Program-made: the position numbers and the translations under genes
Part shown: piece after piece, positions 29,601 through 37,053 of the stretch
How the letters are laid out: every line of letters begins with the position of its first letter
Position numbering within the stretch: position 1 is the first letter of the stretch
NCBI GenBank assembly: GCA_020852835.1
Contig: JADZAC010000058.1
Span: 10,743-74,742 of the forward strand
Direction: 5' to 3'
Length of the DNA stretch: 64,000 nucleotides
Source: Flavobacteriales bacterium
Lineage (GTDB): Bacteria; Bacteroidota; Bacteroidia; Flavobacteriales_F; PHOS-HE28
Notes under the pieces: model-generated
What the model was told of the DNA's origin: nothing
The model's database searches: none
The model's input: only the letters and a program-made list of their open reading frames with translations

Positions 29601-31120
29601 AGTACGCTCACCCGTTCCTCTTCCAGGTCGTACTTGAGGAAGCCCATGTTGGCCAGGTTGATCAGCATGGGTTTCACCTGGCTCACCTGCAGCTTGGTGT
29701 AGGTGGCAAAGTCTTGCACGCTGAAGTCGTCACCGGCCTGTTTGGAAAAATCACGCACGCGTGCCAGCGGATGGACATTGTCGATCCCCAACATGGCCGT
29801 ATAGCGGCGTTTCTCGAAGTAATTGAAGCTCTCGAAGGAGGTTTTGTTCTGGGTGGTGCCCTGCATATTTCCCAACTGGACCAAAGGGTCGCCAAGCTTC
29901 CAGCGCAACTCCTCAAAATACATGTCCAGCTGGTGGTAGGTATCATAGAAGGGCCCCTTGGAGAGGCCTTCATCGCGTTTGATCAGGGTGAGCTGCTGCT
30001 TGTCGCGTATGTAGCGCAAGGTGACGCTGGGATGGGTGATGGAATCCTTGTCCAAGAACATGGTGAACGCCACGTCCTCGCTGGCGATCTTCTCCGGTTC
30101 GATGGTGAACACCAGTCCTTTGGCCAGGATGAACAGCCTTCCCTCACGCTTGAATCCGAGCGATGCGGGCTCTTCCTTGGTGCCATAGCCTTGGAGCTTG
30201 GCCCCTTGCATGGTGAAGCCGCCCTCGAAGTCGATGCCCGGCACGATGTTGGAGATGCGCTTGCGCAGGTCGTAGCTCTCGAACCGGGGGTAGGAGGCAT
30301 TATCCTCGGTGACGTTGGCCTTGAGCTTATCCTTTACGGCACCCTTGAGCACCTTGTCGAAGTAGGGATCGGTAAAATCCACGCTGTCCACCACCACCTC
30401 CGTGGTCTTTAGCTTGAGGGCATACCGATGGCCCCATTGGGCATAGGTGGCCTCCGGTTTCAACCCGGTGCGGCGCCAGGTGATCTTTCCGCCGATCCCT
30501 TCCCAGGTATTGCTCAGGGGGAAGAAAGTACCGCTGGTGGCCTCGATCACGGAACTGTCCGTACGGGACCACCACACCAGGTCCGTAGTGGTGAAGTGCA
30601 CTTTGGGGACACTGTCGTATGCGAAGGTGAACTTGCCCTTGGCGGCGTGCCAATTGGTTGCAGCCGTTTGGTAGAGAATGCCGGCTTCCATGAGCGACCG
30701 GCCTGTTTCAAGGATCTCCACCAGGTCGTTCTTTTTGGAGGAGCGGCCTGCGGCTTCCAACCCCTGCAGCCATGCGTTGAATTCCCCGGAAGAATGGCCT
30801 TTGGCAGGAAATGCAGCGGCCGTGCCGAGCATGTTCTTGAAATCAGGGATAGCAGTGAAGCGCTTCTTGCCCATCACATTGGCCAGGTCGATCAGCCGTG
30901 TCCGCTGCGATGCATCCAAGAAGCCGCTGTTCCAGAAGGGGGTGAACACGCTTTCCATGAACGCTGCGCCTGCCTTTTTGTCGGCATCCGTGAGGAACTT
31001 GTGGATCTCCTCTTGGAAGGCGGCCTGGTCCTTGGAGAAAACGGGCACCTGGGCTTGGACGGCCTGTACGGCCGTGAAGCAACAAGTGAGGAGGAAAGCC
31101 TTGAACAATGATCGCCTCAT
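26669..31120 (-). CDS. Large (1483 aa) secreted conserved-hypothetical protein
   Basis: Trimmed to ATG 31120 (MRRSLFKAFLLTCCFTAVQAVQAQ signal peptide). The frame is uninterrupted with ordinary amino-acid composition. The start overlaps the prmA stop (ATGA) and the stop lies 2 nt from the plsY ATG. I recognise no family. Confidence 0.75.
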   Translation of the reverse strand: MRRSLFKAFLLTCCFTAVQAVQAQVPVFSKDQAAFQEEIHKFLTDADKKAGAAFMESVFTPFWNSGFLDASQRTRLIDLANVMGKKRFTAIPDFKNMLGTAAAFPAKGHSSGEFNAWLQGLEAAGRSSKKNDLVEILETGRSLMEAGILYQTAATNWHAAKGKFTFAYDSVPKVHFTTTDLVWWSRTDSSVIEATSGTFFPLSNTWEGIGGKITWRRTGLKPEATYAQWGHRYALKLKTTEVVVDSVDFTDPYFDKVLKGAVKDKLKANVTEDNASYPRFESYDLRKRISNIVPGIDFEGGFTMQGAKLQGYGTKEEPASLGFKREGRLFILAKGLVFTIEPEKIASEDVAFTMFLDKDSITHPSVTLRYIRDKQQLTLIKRDEGLSKGPFYDTYHQLDMYFEELRWKLGDPLVQLGNMQGTTQNKTSFESFNYFEKRRYTAMLGIDNVHPLARVRDFSKQAGDDFSVQDFATYTKLQVSQVKPMLINLANMGFLKYDLEEERVSVLPRLLQHILSSAGKVDYDVLQFNSNSPDGVNGTINLLNNDLALNGVSRILLSDSQDVKIYPADQLVTVKKDRDFSFGGVIKAGKLTFHGKEYYFHYQPFTIDLLNVDSVAFVADSFEPDEQGRRRLVKVKNVLENVAGTLELDASSNKSGLQQKKYPDYPKFNSTRESFVFYDRASIQKGAYKRDNFYYKSDPFVIDSLDNFTNDGLKFDGTLVSAGIFPDIRETLRLQPDYALGFVRPTGQGGLPLYGKKAKFSETVKLDHKGLHGEGDFSYLTTIARSRELVFTPDTTFGVADTLYNGAAQSPALSVPTIQASNVFLRFEPAMDVLLARNLDKPMVMYDRQAFLYGKTELKPNGMTGAGLVDFTNATLSSRLFEFKTMNVHADTSDFRLTEGDTTAIAFRTDNVNATIKLDERVGEFVSNGNETKVEFPYNQYICYMDRFKWYMDQGDIELESDRTAAAGSEDLQLSGSNFISTHPDQDSLRFMAPKARYDLKKHLITANEVQYIQVADALITPDSMRVRIMRNAKMDPLRNATVTANFVNKYHTIHDATVNIAARRQYSGSGTYDYKDQTGKVFPIEMRNINVDTTFQTYALGRVPQEAGFQLSPAFDFFGDVKLEASIKELTFTGNTRIMHDCPGIPRNWMAFTGRIDPQEVFIPVSDSLVDAEGLAVGAGIYLTKDDPFFTYGTFLSRKRDKEDRDIISAKGLLYFDKVRSAYLISNKDKIRQNNLPGNLVALSTTSCLLSADGHITPGVQLGQVAADGYGTLEYKGGEAATTAKLTMIVDFPFVENALEKLVADIAAYPEQKQVDLAKTPYERSLREMLGKERSDKLISELSIKGEIKRLPDELVKSLVFCDLNLDWNAKDEAWQSNGDLGLATVLKKPVYRYIKGKVEFERKRSGDVMTVLLMLDAQTYWFFQYTRNYLYVYSSNSEFNTMISEIKDDKRQFPGKKGLPDYQFILTNKRKVDDFRDRFGL

Positions 31121-31968
31121 GCTGGCCGTGCGGTCTGTGGTTTGGCCGTCCTTAAAAATGCCCATTCCCCGTCTTCAAGTTGTTGCACCCGCACCAACCC
31201 TGCGTTGCTCATGGCATCGAGCATTTGCGGCAAGTCTTCCCGCAGGAATCCGCTGAGCAGCAAGTGCCCGCCCGCCAACAAGGCTTCCGCCATGCCGGGC
31301 ATGGCATTGATGAGCGTATTGCGTTCGATGTTCGCCAAGATAGTTCCATAACCGGGCGCATCGCGCAGTGCGGTGCCGCCCTTTTCCACAGTGATGCGCT
31401 GACAATGGTTGACCTGGGCATTGTACCGGGCATTCTCCACGGCCACCGGGTCGTGATCGATGGCAGTGACCTCTGCGGCGCCGAGGCGTTCGGCCAGAAT
31501 GGCCAGCACGCCGGTGCCGCAGCCCAGGTCGCAAACACGTTGGCCCTGGATCGGGTACTGCAACATGGAGCGCACCATCATGCGGGTGGTGGCATGGTGG
31601 CCGGTCCCGAAGGCCATCCTGGGGGTGATCACGATATCGTGCTCAACACCGTCCACGGGCGCGTGGAACTCCGCGCGCACCCGAACGCGCCCGTCCACTT
31701 CCACAGGCTGGAACCCGCTTTCCCATTGGGCGTTCCAATTCACTTCGGGCAATTTGCCCACGGTGTGGCTGAGGGAGGCATGGGGTTCGCGCGCCACCCG
31801 CAAGCGGTCCAGGTCGGCGCGGTGGAACAAGGCCGTGGGGATGTAGGCTTTCAGCCCGCCGGGGGTTTCCTCAAAACCTTCGTAGCCCAGTTCCACCAGT
31901 TCCACCAGGAGCAGGTCGCGCCACGGCTCCACGGGCGCCACCAGGAAATCCACAACGGTATATGCCAT
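31117..31968 (-). CDS. prmA: Ribosomal protein L11 methyltransferase PrmA
   Basis: Trimmed to ATG 31968 (MAYTVVDFLVAPVEPWRDLLLVELVELGYEGFEE). It has FGTGHHATTRMM and the SAM motif VCDLGCGTGVLAILAE. Confidence 0.9.
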   Translation of the reverse strand: MAYTVVDFLVAPVEPWRDLLLVELVELGYEGFEETPGGLKAYIPTALFHRADLDRLRVAREPHASLSHTVGKLPEVNWNAQWESGFQPVEVDGRVRVRAEFHAPVDGVEHDIVITPRMAFGTGHHATTRMMVRSMLQYPIQGQRVCDLGCGTGVLAILAERLGAAEVTAIDHDPVAVENARYNAQVNHCQRITVEKGGTALRDAPGYGTILANIERNTLINAMPGMAEALLAGGHLLLSGFLREDLPQMLDAMSNAGLVRVQQLEDGEWAFLRTAKPQTARPA

Positions 31969-32759
31969 CAGGCCGTGGATTTCGCTTCTTGTGCAATACG
32001 CACCAGGGCGGCAAAGGAATCCGCCGACAAGGCGGCCCCGCCGATCAACCCGCCGTTGATATCCTCCCCTGCGAAGAGGCCGGCGGCATTGTCCGGCTTG
32101 CAGGAACCGCCATAGAGTATGGGCACCTGGTCGGCCACTCCAGGGGCAATACGCCGGAGTTCCGCCCGGATAAAGGCGTGCATTTCCCGGGCTTGTTGCG
32201 GCGTGGCGGTAACACCGGTACCGATGGCCCACACCGGCTCATAGGCCACCACCACCCGGGCCAATTCCCCGGGGGTGAGGTTGCCGAGCGCGGTGGTGAT
32301 CTGTTGCGCAACCACTTCACGGTGCCGCCCGCTTTGGCGTTCGTCCAGCCGTTCGCCGCAACAATAAATGGGCATCAGCCCATGGCGGAGCAGTGCGGAT
32401 ACCTTCTTGGCCACGGCCGTATCGGTTTCCCCGAAATATTGGCGTCGTTCGCTGTGGCCCACAATGCAGGCCTGAACACCCAATGACTTCAACATGGGCG
32501 CGCTCACCTCGCCGGTAAATGCCCCGTGTTCCTCTTGGTGGCAATTCTGGGCGGCAACCATCCACTGTTGTCGGCCCTTCGTTGCTGCGGCCAACCGTTG
32601 CACGGTATCGGCAAGGAACGGGAACGGAGGAGCCAGCACCACGGCCGGACCGTATGCACCGGTTTTGATGTTGGCGAGCAATTCTTCCACCAATTCACCG
32701 GCCTCCTTGGCACCGGTGTTCATCTTCCAGTTTCCGGCAATGATCGTTTTCACCTTCAT
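31968..32759 (-). CDS. tpiA: Triose-phosphate isomerase
   Basis: Trimmed to ATG 32759 (MKVKTIIAGNWKMN). It has GAFTGEVS, VGHSERR, YEPVWAIGTG and GGASL-type motifs (GGAALSADSF). Confidence 0.95.
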   Translation of the reverse strand: MKVKTIIAGNWKMNTGAKEAGELVEELLANIKTGAYGPAVVLAPPFPFLADTVQRLAAATKGRQQWMVAAQNCHQEEHGAFTGEVSAPMLKSLGVQACIVGHSERRQYFGETDTAVAKKVSALLRHGLMPIYCCGERLDERQSGRHREVVAQQITTALGNLTPGELARVVVAYEPVWAIGTGVTATPQQAREMHAFIRAELRRIAPGVADQVPILYGGSCKPDNAAGLFAGEDINGGLIGGAALSADSFAALVRIAQEAKSTA

Positions 32760-32861
32760 GAACGGCAGGGTTACAGACCGCAAATATCGCCGCAGGCCCG
32801 TGCGGTCACCACGCGGGGGGCGCCGGGTTATCCACGAAACGGGCGGAAAGCTTCCTGCCGG

Positions 32862-34202
32862 CTATTGCAACACTTTTGCCGCCTTGGGGAAGGCGGGTAC
32901 ATTGTTGCACCCCCATTTTCCGCGTACCGTGCCTTGCTGGAGCAGTACCAGTCCGGGATTGCTGCGGACCACTGTCTTCAGGGTCACCTCATCGCATGTA
33001 AGGTACTCGAACATGTTCTGGTTGGCGTGGCGGAAATCCTCGGTTTCATCGTAGGAACTGCTGGTGAGCCCGTACACCTTCCAGCCGGCCTGTTGTGCCG
33101 CCTTCACCAGCGTGTTGATCGCCGGTTGGCAAGACGTGCGGGTATCGCCAATGGTCTTGGCCACCACCAGCAACACGGGTGAACTTGCCGTGAGCACCGT
33201 ATCGGTATAGTCCTCCCCGTCCACATTATACAGGATAAAATCCTGCACTTGCGAAGCAATGCCGGGCTCCACCTCTTCCACCCGGGTGCTGTTGGGCACG
33301 TTCTCGAAATCGGGATCGTCCCACGGGTAGGGTTCGGCAGTGTTGAATTCCTTCACCTCCCCGGTGATCTTGTTGCGATAGCTTACGAAGGTGCGGTTGA
33401 CCGGTGGTTTTGCTTCCAGGCGCTGCGCTACGATGCTCTTGCCAACGGCATAGGGCCTGTAATCGCGAAGGGGCATGTAGGCCAGCGAATACCACATGAA
33501 CAACAAGCCGGCCACGGCCACCCATACCGCGGTGATCCACTCGCCCTTGGGCTCTTCCACGAGCCATTTGATCAGCAGGTAGCCCGCAAGCACCGCAGCG
33601 GTGAACAGCAACGGAAACCACCAGGAGAACACCCAGCAATAGAAGGCCATCAGCAGCAATGCCAAGGACAACAGCACCAGATCATCACCCCAGGTATTGA
33701 ACTTGATCCGCTTTCGGAACAGGAAGAGGGGCAGCACAAACACGAGCAGCACCATATCCTTGGCAAAGCTTTCCCACGGGGTGAGCGATCGGCCCAGCGA
33801 ACCTTTCATGGCATCACCGAAACAGCCGCAATCAGTCACGCAGGTCACATCGCGCTGCTCGGCCACGCCATTGACCAGCACCTCGTACTTGCCCATGGGA
33901 TCGCAGGTGGCCGTGTAGGCCGTGAGCCACCCGAAAAAGAGCGTGAGCGCCAACAGCGACCACGTGGCCAGCTTCATCCGGCCACCGACCAGCACGGCAA
34001 ACCCCAGCACCACCTCCGCCAAACAGGCGAGCATGGCCAACGGGAGGGCATAGGGTTCCAGCCCGGGCAGCCCTAAGGCACTCTCGGCAAAGTACTCCTC
34101 CAGCTTGTAACTGAACCCCAATGGGTCATTGGCCTTGATCAGCCCGCTGATGACAAAGGTGGCGCCTACAAGTACCCGGCAGATCAGCAAAAGAATGCGC
34201 AT
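32862..34202 (-). CDS. DoxX/MauE-like membrane protein with a C-terminal thioredoxin-like periplasmic domain
   Basis: The N-terminus MRILLLICRVLVGATFVISGLIKANDPLGFSYKLEEYF plus CVTDCGCFGD is typical of MauE/DoxX-type proteins. After further TM segments comes a soluble C-terminal domain (SPVLLVVAK...WKVYGLTSS). Confidence 0.7.
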   Translation of the reverse strand: MRILLLICRVLVGATFVISGLIKANDPLGFSYKLEEYFAESALGLPGLEPYALPLAMLACLAEVVLGFAVLVGGRMKLATWSLLALTLFFGWLTAYTATCDPMGKYEVLVNGVAEQRDVTCVTDCGCFGDAMKGSLGRSLTPWESFAKDMVLLVFVLPLFLFRKRIKFNTWGDDLVLLSLALLLMAFYCWVFSWWFPLLFTAAVLAGYLLIKWLVEEPKGEWITAVWVAVAGLLFMWYSLAYMPLRDYRPYAVGKSIVAQRLEAKPPVNRTFVSYRNKITGEVKEFNTAEPYPWDDPDFENVPNSTRVEEVEPGIASQVQDFILYNVDGEDYTDTVLTASSPVLLVVAKTIGDTRTSCQPAINTLVKAAQQAGWKVYGLTSSSYDETEDFRHANQNMFEYLTCDEVTLKTVVRSNPGLVLLQQGTVRGKWGCNNVPAFPKAAKVLQ

Positions 34203-34411
34203 GTGGTATGGTCCCCTCCGAGGATTGGAAAAAGGGTGTGCCCCCGGGACGGTGCCCGCGAAAATAACCCCGGCGGCACATGCCGGTACCGGTGCTCATA
34301 CAAAGGTTGCAAAGGGGCCCGATGTTCAGCCCGGCAACGGCGTGGAGCGCTGCAGGGCTTTGTATTAGCTTGCCCCCGTGCTGCACCATCCAGGTCACGC
34401 ACCCGGCACCC

Positions 34412-34951
34412 ATGTTTTCCCGCTCCACCCTGTTCGTGATGTTTGCCGCAACGCTTGGTGCCGGGTCCGTGGAGGCCCAGGATGCCCGCGTGGTAACGCG
34501 TGTGGTGAAAGGCGGCGCACCGGAGTGGAAAGCGTGGAGTGCCCACGATGCCAGCATGCAATATCCTACCGAATGGGAGGCGGATGCTCCGGGCCACGGG
34601 GATACGGTGGTGGTTTTCCGTCATCCACAAGCTGCGCCAGCTCCAACGGGTTCCGCCGTGGAAGTGGCGGTGCAACGAACAACGGCCCATTCGGCAAGTA
34701 CTGCCTCGCAACGCTTGCAGGAGCAGCACAGAAAGGTGGAACTATTGGAAACCGGAAGTGATGCCACCGGTAATCGCCGTTGGACGGAATACGCCTATGA
34801 CGCGGCCATGGGCCGGATGCAGGCCTTGGAAGTCTTGTGCCAAGCAGGCGGCACAACTTGGATCCTCACTTACAGGGCTCCCGTGGACCAGTACGACATC
34901 TTCAGGTACCAGGCCCAGGCCATGATCCATTCGTTTTCATCCGTACGATGA
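34412..34951 (+). CDS. Hypothetical secreted protein (179 aa)
   Basis: Trimmed to ATG 34412, giving the signal peptide MFSRSTLFVMFAATLGAGSVEAQ. Confidence 0.55.
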   Translation: MFSRSTLFVMFAATLGAGSVEAQDARVVTRVVKGGAPEWKAWSAHDASMQYPTEWEADAPGHGDTVVVFRHPQAAPAPTGSAVEVAVQRTTAHSASTASQRLQEQHRKVELLETGSDATGNRRWTEYAYDAAMGRMQALEVLCQAGGTTWILTYRAPVDQYDIFRYQAQAMIHSFSSVR

Positions 34952-35497
34952 AGGGTTCCCGCCCTCATCCAGGTGGATCAACGCGAAAACGGCGTAGTTG
35001 AGGATATCGAGGAAGTTGGCATCGATGCCTTCGCTCACCAAGGTGCGCCCTTGGTTGTCCTCGATCTGTTTGATGCGCAGCAACTTCACCAGGATCAGGT
35101 CCACCAGCGAGCTCACGCGCATGCTGCGCCAGGCCTCACCATAGTCATGGTTTTTACGCACCATGAGCCCGCGTGCCGTGGCGATGGCCTCCTGCACGTT
35201 GGCAATGGCCTGTTGGGCGTCCATGTCGGGTGAATCCGGCACCCCTTGCTGGAGCTGCACCAAGGCCATGGCCGCATAGTTCACGATACCCACCAGCTCG
35301 GGCCTGATCCCCTCCTCCACCTTGCTCTCACCCACCCGCTGCAGGGTACGGATGCGCTGCGCCTTGATCAACACTTGATCGGTAAGCGAGGAGACCCGCA
35401 ACACGCGCCAAGCCGTGCCGTAGTCGTGCGCCTTTTGGGCGAACAGGTCCAGGCACGCGGCCACCGCACGATCGTACTGTTGAAGCGTCTTCTCCAT
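34937..35497 (-). CDS. DUF1599 domain protein
   Basis: Trimmed to ATG 35497. It contains two internal repeats (KAHDYGTAWRVLRVSSLTDQVLIKAQRIRTL and KNHDYGEAWRSMRVSSLVDLILVKLLRIKQI). It is divergent from folP with a 28-nt spacer, a pairing I recall as typical of Bacteroidota. Confidence 0.75.
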   Translation of the reverse strand: MEKTLQQYDRAVAACLDLFAQKAHDYGTAWRVLRVSSLTDQVLIKAQRIRTLQRVGESKVEEGIRPELVGIVNYAAMALVQLQQGVPDSPDMDAQQAIANVQEAIATARGLMVRKNHDYGEAWRSMRVSSLVDLILVKLLRIKQIEDNQGRTLVSEGIDANFLDILNYAVFALIHLDEGGNPSSYG

Positions 35498-35525
35498 ATC
35501 GTTCCCGGCACCCCACCTTTGGGGC

Positions 35526-36380
35526 ATGCAGAACTGCGGCGAAGATATTGCGTGGTGCGTGCGTGGAAGGCTGGTGCGCTTGCGCCCCCCGGTGGTGATG
35601 GGCATCCTGAACACCACACCGGATTCCTTCGTGGGCGCGAGCCGCATGGGCAGCGTAGCCCGGGTGGTAGAGGCCGCAGGCCGGATGTTGGAGGAAGGGG
35701 CGGCCATCGTGGACGTGGGCGGCGCCAGTAGCCGTCCGGGATCGCAAGCGGTGGATGCCGCAGAGGAGCGCCGCCGCGTGATCCCGGCGATCGAGGCCTT
35801 GCATCACCGCTACCCGCAGGCGCTGCTGAGCGTGGATACCTGGCGCGCGGACGTGGCATCCGAAGCCGTGGCCGCCGGTGCCGGAATGGTCAATGACATC
35901 AGCTCTGGCAGCATGGACCCGGAGATGCTTGCACACGTGGCAACCTTGGGGGTGCCGTACGTACTGATGCACATGCAGGGAACACCACGCACCATGCAAC
36001 AGGCCCCGGCCTACCGGGATGTGCTGGCTGAAGTGGTGCAATATCTGTCCGAGCGGCTCCATGCGGCAAAACGCGCAGGCATTGCCGACCTGGTGATCGA
36101 TCCCGGTTTCGGCTTCGGGAAGACCGTGGCGCACAATTACACCTTGCTCCGGGGCTTGCCTGCCCTGAAGCAGTTGGGCGTGCCGCTGCTGGCCGGCCTG
36201 TCGCGCAAACGGATGATCAACGAAGTGCTGGGCACCACACCGGAGGAAGCCCTCAACGGCACCACCGTGCTGAACACCATGGCCCTGCAGCACGGCGCCG
36301 ATATCCTGCGGGTGCATGATGTGCGGCAGGCGGTGGAGGCCGTAAAGTTGTTCAACGCTTCCCGGGGCTTTGCAAGCTAG
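35526..36380 (+). CDS. folP: Dihydropteroate synthase
   Basis: VMGILNTTPDSFVGAS..., IVDVGGASSRPG, DTWRA, MVNDISSG, DPGFGFGKT and ILRVHDV. Confidence 0.95.
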   Translation: MQNCGEDIAWCVRGRLVRLRPPVVMGILNTTPDSFVGASRMGSVARVVEAAGRMLEEGAAIVDVGGASSRPGSQAVDAAEERRRVIPAIEALHHRYPQALLSVDTWRADVASEAVAAGAGMVNDISSGSMDPEMLAHVATLGVPYVLMHMQGTPRTMQQAPAYRDVLAEVVQYLSERLHAAKRAGIADLVIDPGFGFGKTVAHNYTLLRGLPALKQLGVPLLAGLSRKRMINEVLGTTPEEALNGTTVLNTMALQHGADILRVHDVRQAVEAVKLFNASRGFAS

Positions 36381-36940
36381 CGGTAGGCTTCCTGGTTGCG
36401 CCGGTCCCGCTGCTTGTAGTAGCCGTTGTGCGTTTTCTCGTATTCGTTCATCACTTTGGAGAACAAGGGCCTCATCTGTTCGGTATAGGGGGTATCCCAG
36501 CTCATGTTGCGCACGCTGGCTTTATAGCTTGCCAGGCCGATGGGCTCCTGGAACGAGCTCAGGTCCACATCCGCGATCCAGGCGAACAAGGTCATTTGCA
36601 GGTCCATTTCATAGAAGGGGACATCGGGGTAAGGAGGCACCTCCCGGGTGTCGATCACCACATGCTTGGTGACCATGTTGTTGCGGCTGAACCATACCTC
36701 ATACTTCCACCCCCGCTCCAGTTCGAACTTGTAGCGCCCGTCACTGCGGGTGGTGGCCTCCACCTCTTCCTTGCCGGCCTTCAGTACGCGCACCAAGGCC
36801 CCTTTTACCGGATCGCCGCTGAACAGTTCGGTGACCTGGCCGGAGAGGTAAACGGTAAACCTCTGGTTGCGTGCTTGTGCGTGGCATGCCAAGGAAAGCA
36901 CAATTCCGATCAGCAGGGAAGCAATTGAGCGAAACGCCAT
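36377..36940 (-). CDS. Hypothetical secreted protein with a carboxypeptidase-regulatory-like N-terminal domain
   Basis: Signal peptide MAFRSIASLLIGIVLSLACHAQ. FTVYLSGQVTELFSGDPVKGALVRVLKAGKEEVEATTRSDGRYKFELERGWKYEVWFSRNNMVTKHVVI is paralogous to the 15479..16546 N-terminus. Confidence 0.65.
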   Translation of the reverse strand: MAFRSIASLLIGIVLSLACHAQARNQRFTVYLSGQVTELFSGDPVKGALVRVLKAGKEEVEATTRSDGRYKFELERGWKYEVWFSRNNMVTKHVVIDTREVPPYPDVPFYEMDLQMTLFAWIADVDLSSFQEPIGLASYKASVRNMSWDTPYTEQMRPLFSKVMNEYEKTHNGYYKQRDRRNQEAYR

Positions 36941-36945
36941 GGGCG

Positions 36946-36953
36946 CAAAAATA
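36946..36953 (-). promoter_or_regulatory. -7 promoter box TATTTTTG, 5 nt from ATG 36940 (leaderless-type arrangement)
   Basis: Exact TAnnTTTG match on the minus strand; the spacer is CGCCC, then ATG. Confidence 0.45.
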
Positions 36954-37053
36954 TCTTTTCACGGCTGGCCCCGGCGTCATGCGGCCGGGGCAACTGATCA
37001 TCCTGTTCGGGCAAGATGGGGATCCCAAGGCCCGCGGAGCAGTGCAGAGCTGA

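Noticed and set aside
27698-30412. A 904-aa + strand ORF, with many other long ORFs of the same kind (for example 232..1161, 1435..2559, 2744..4006, 4585..6093, 12509..13540, 14133..15380, 33249..34076, 35328..36317, 37075..38154, 43881..45095, 45102..46613, 46306..47703, 47909..48805, 50489..51493, 51512..52888, 54949..56106, 56402..57520, 58131..59093, 58975..60255, 60083..61057, 62642..63562).
   Set aside because: All lie antisense to, or out of frame with, genes that have clear family motifs. Their translations are Arg/Gly/Ala/His/Pro-rich with few Lys, Ile or Asn, which is typical of shadow ORFs in GC-rich DNA. None has a signal peptide, a recognisable motif or a promoter box.
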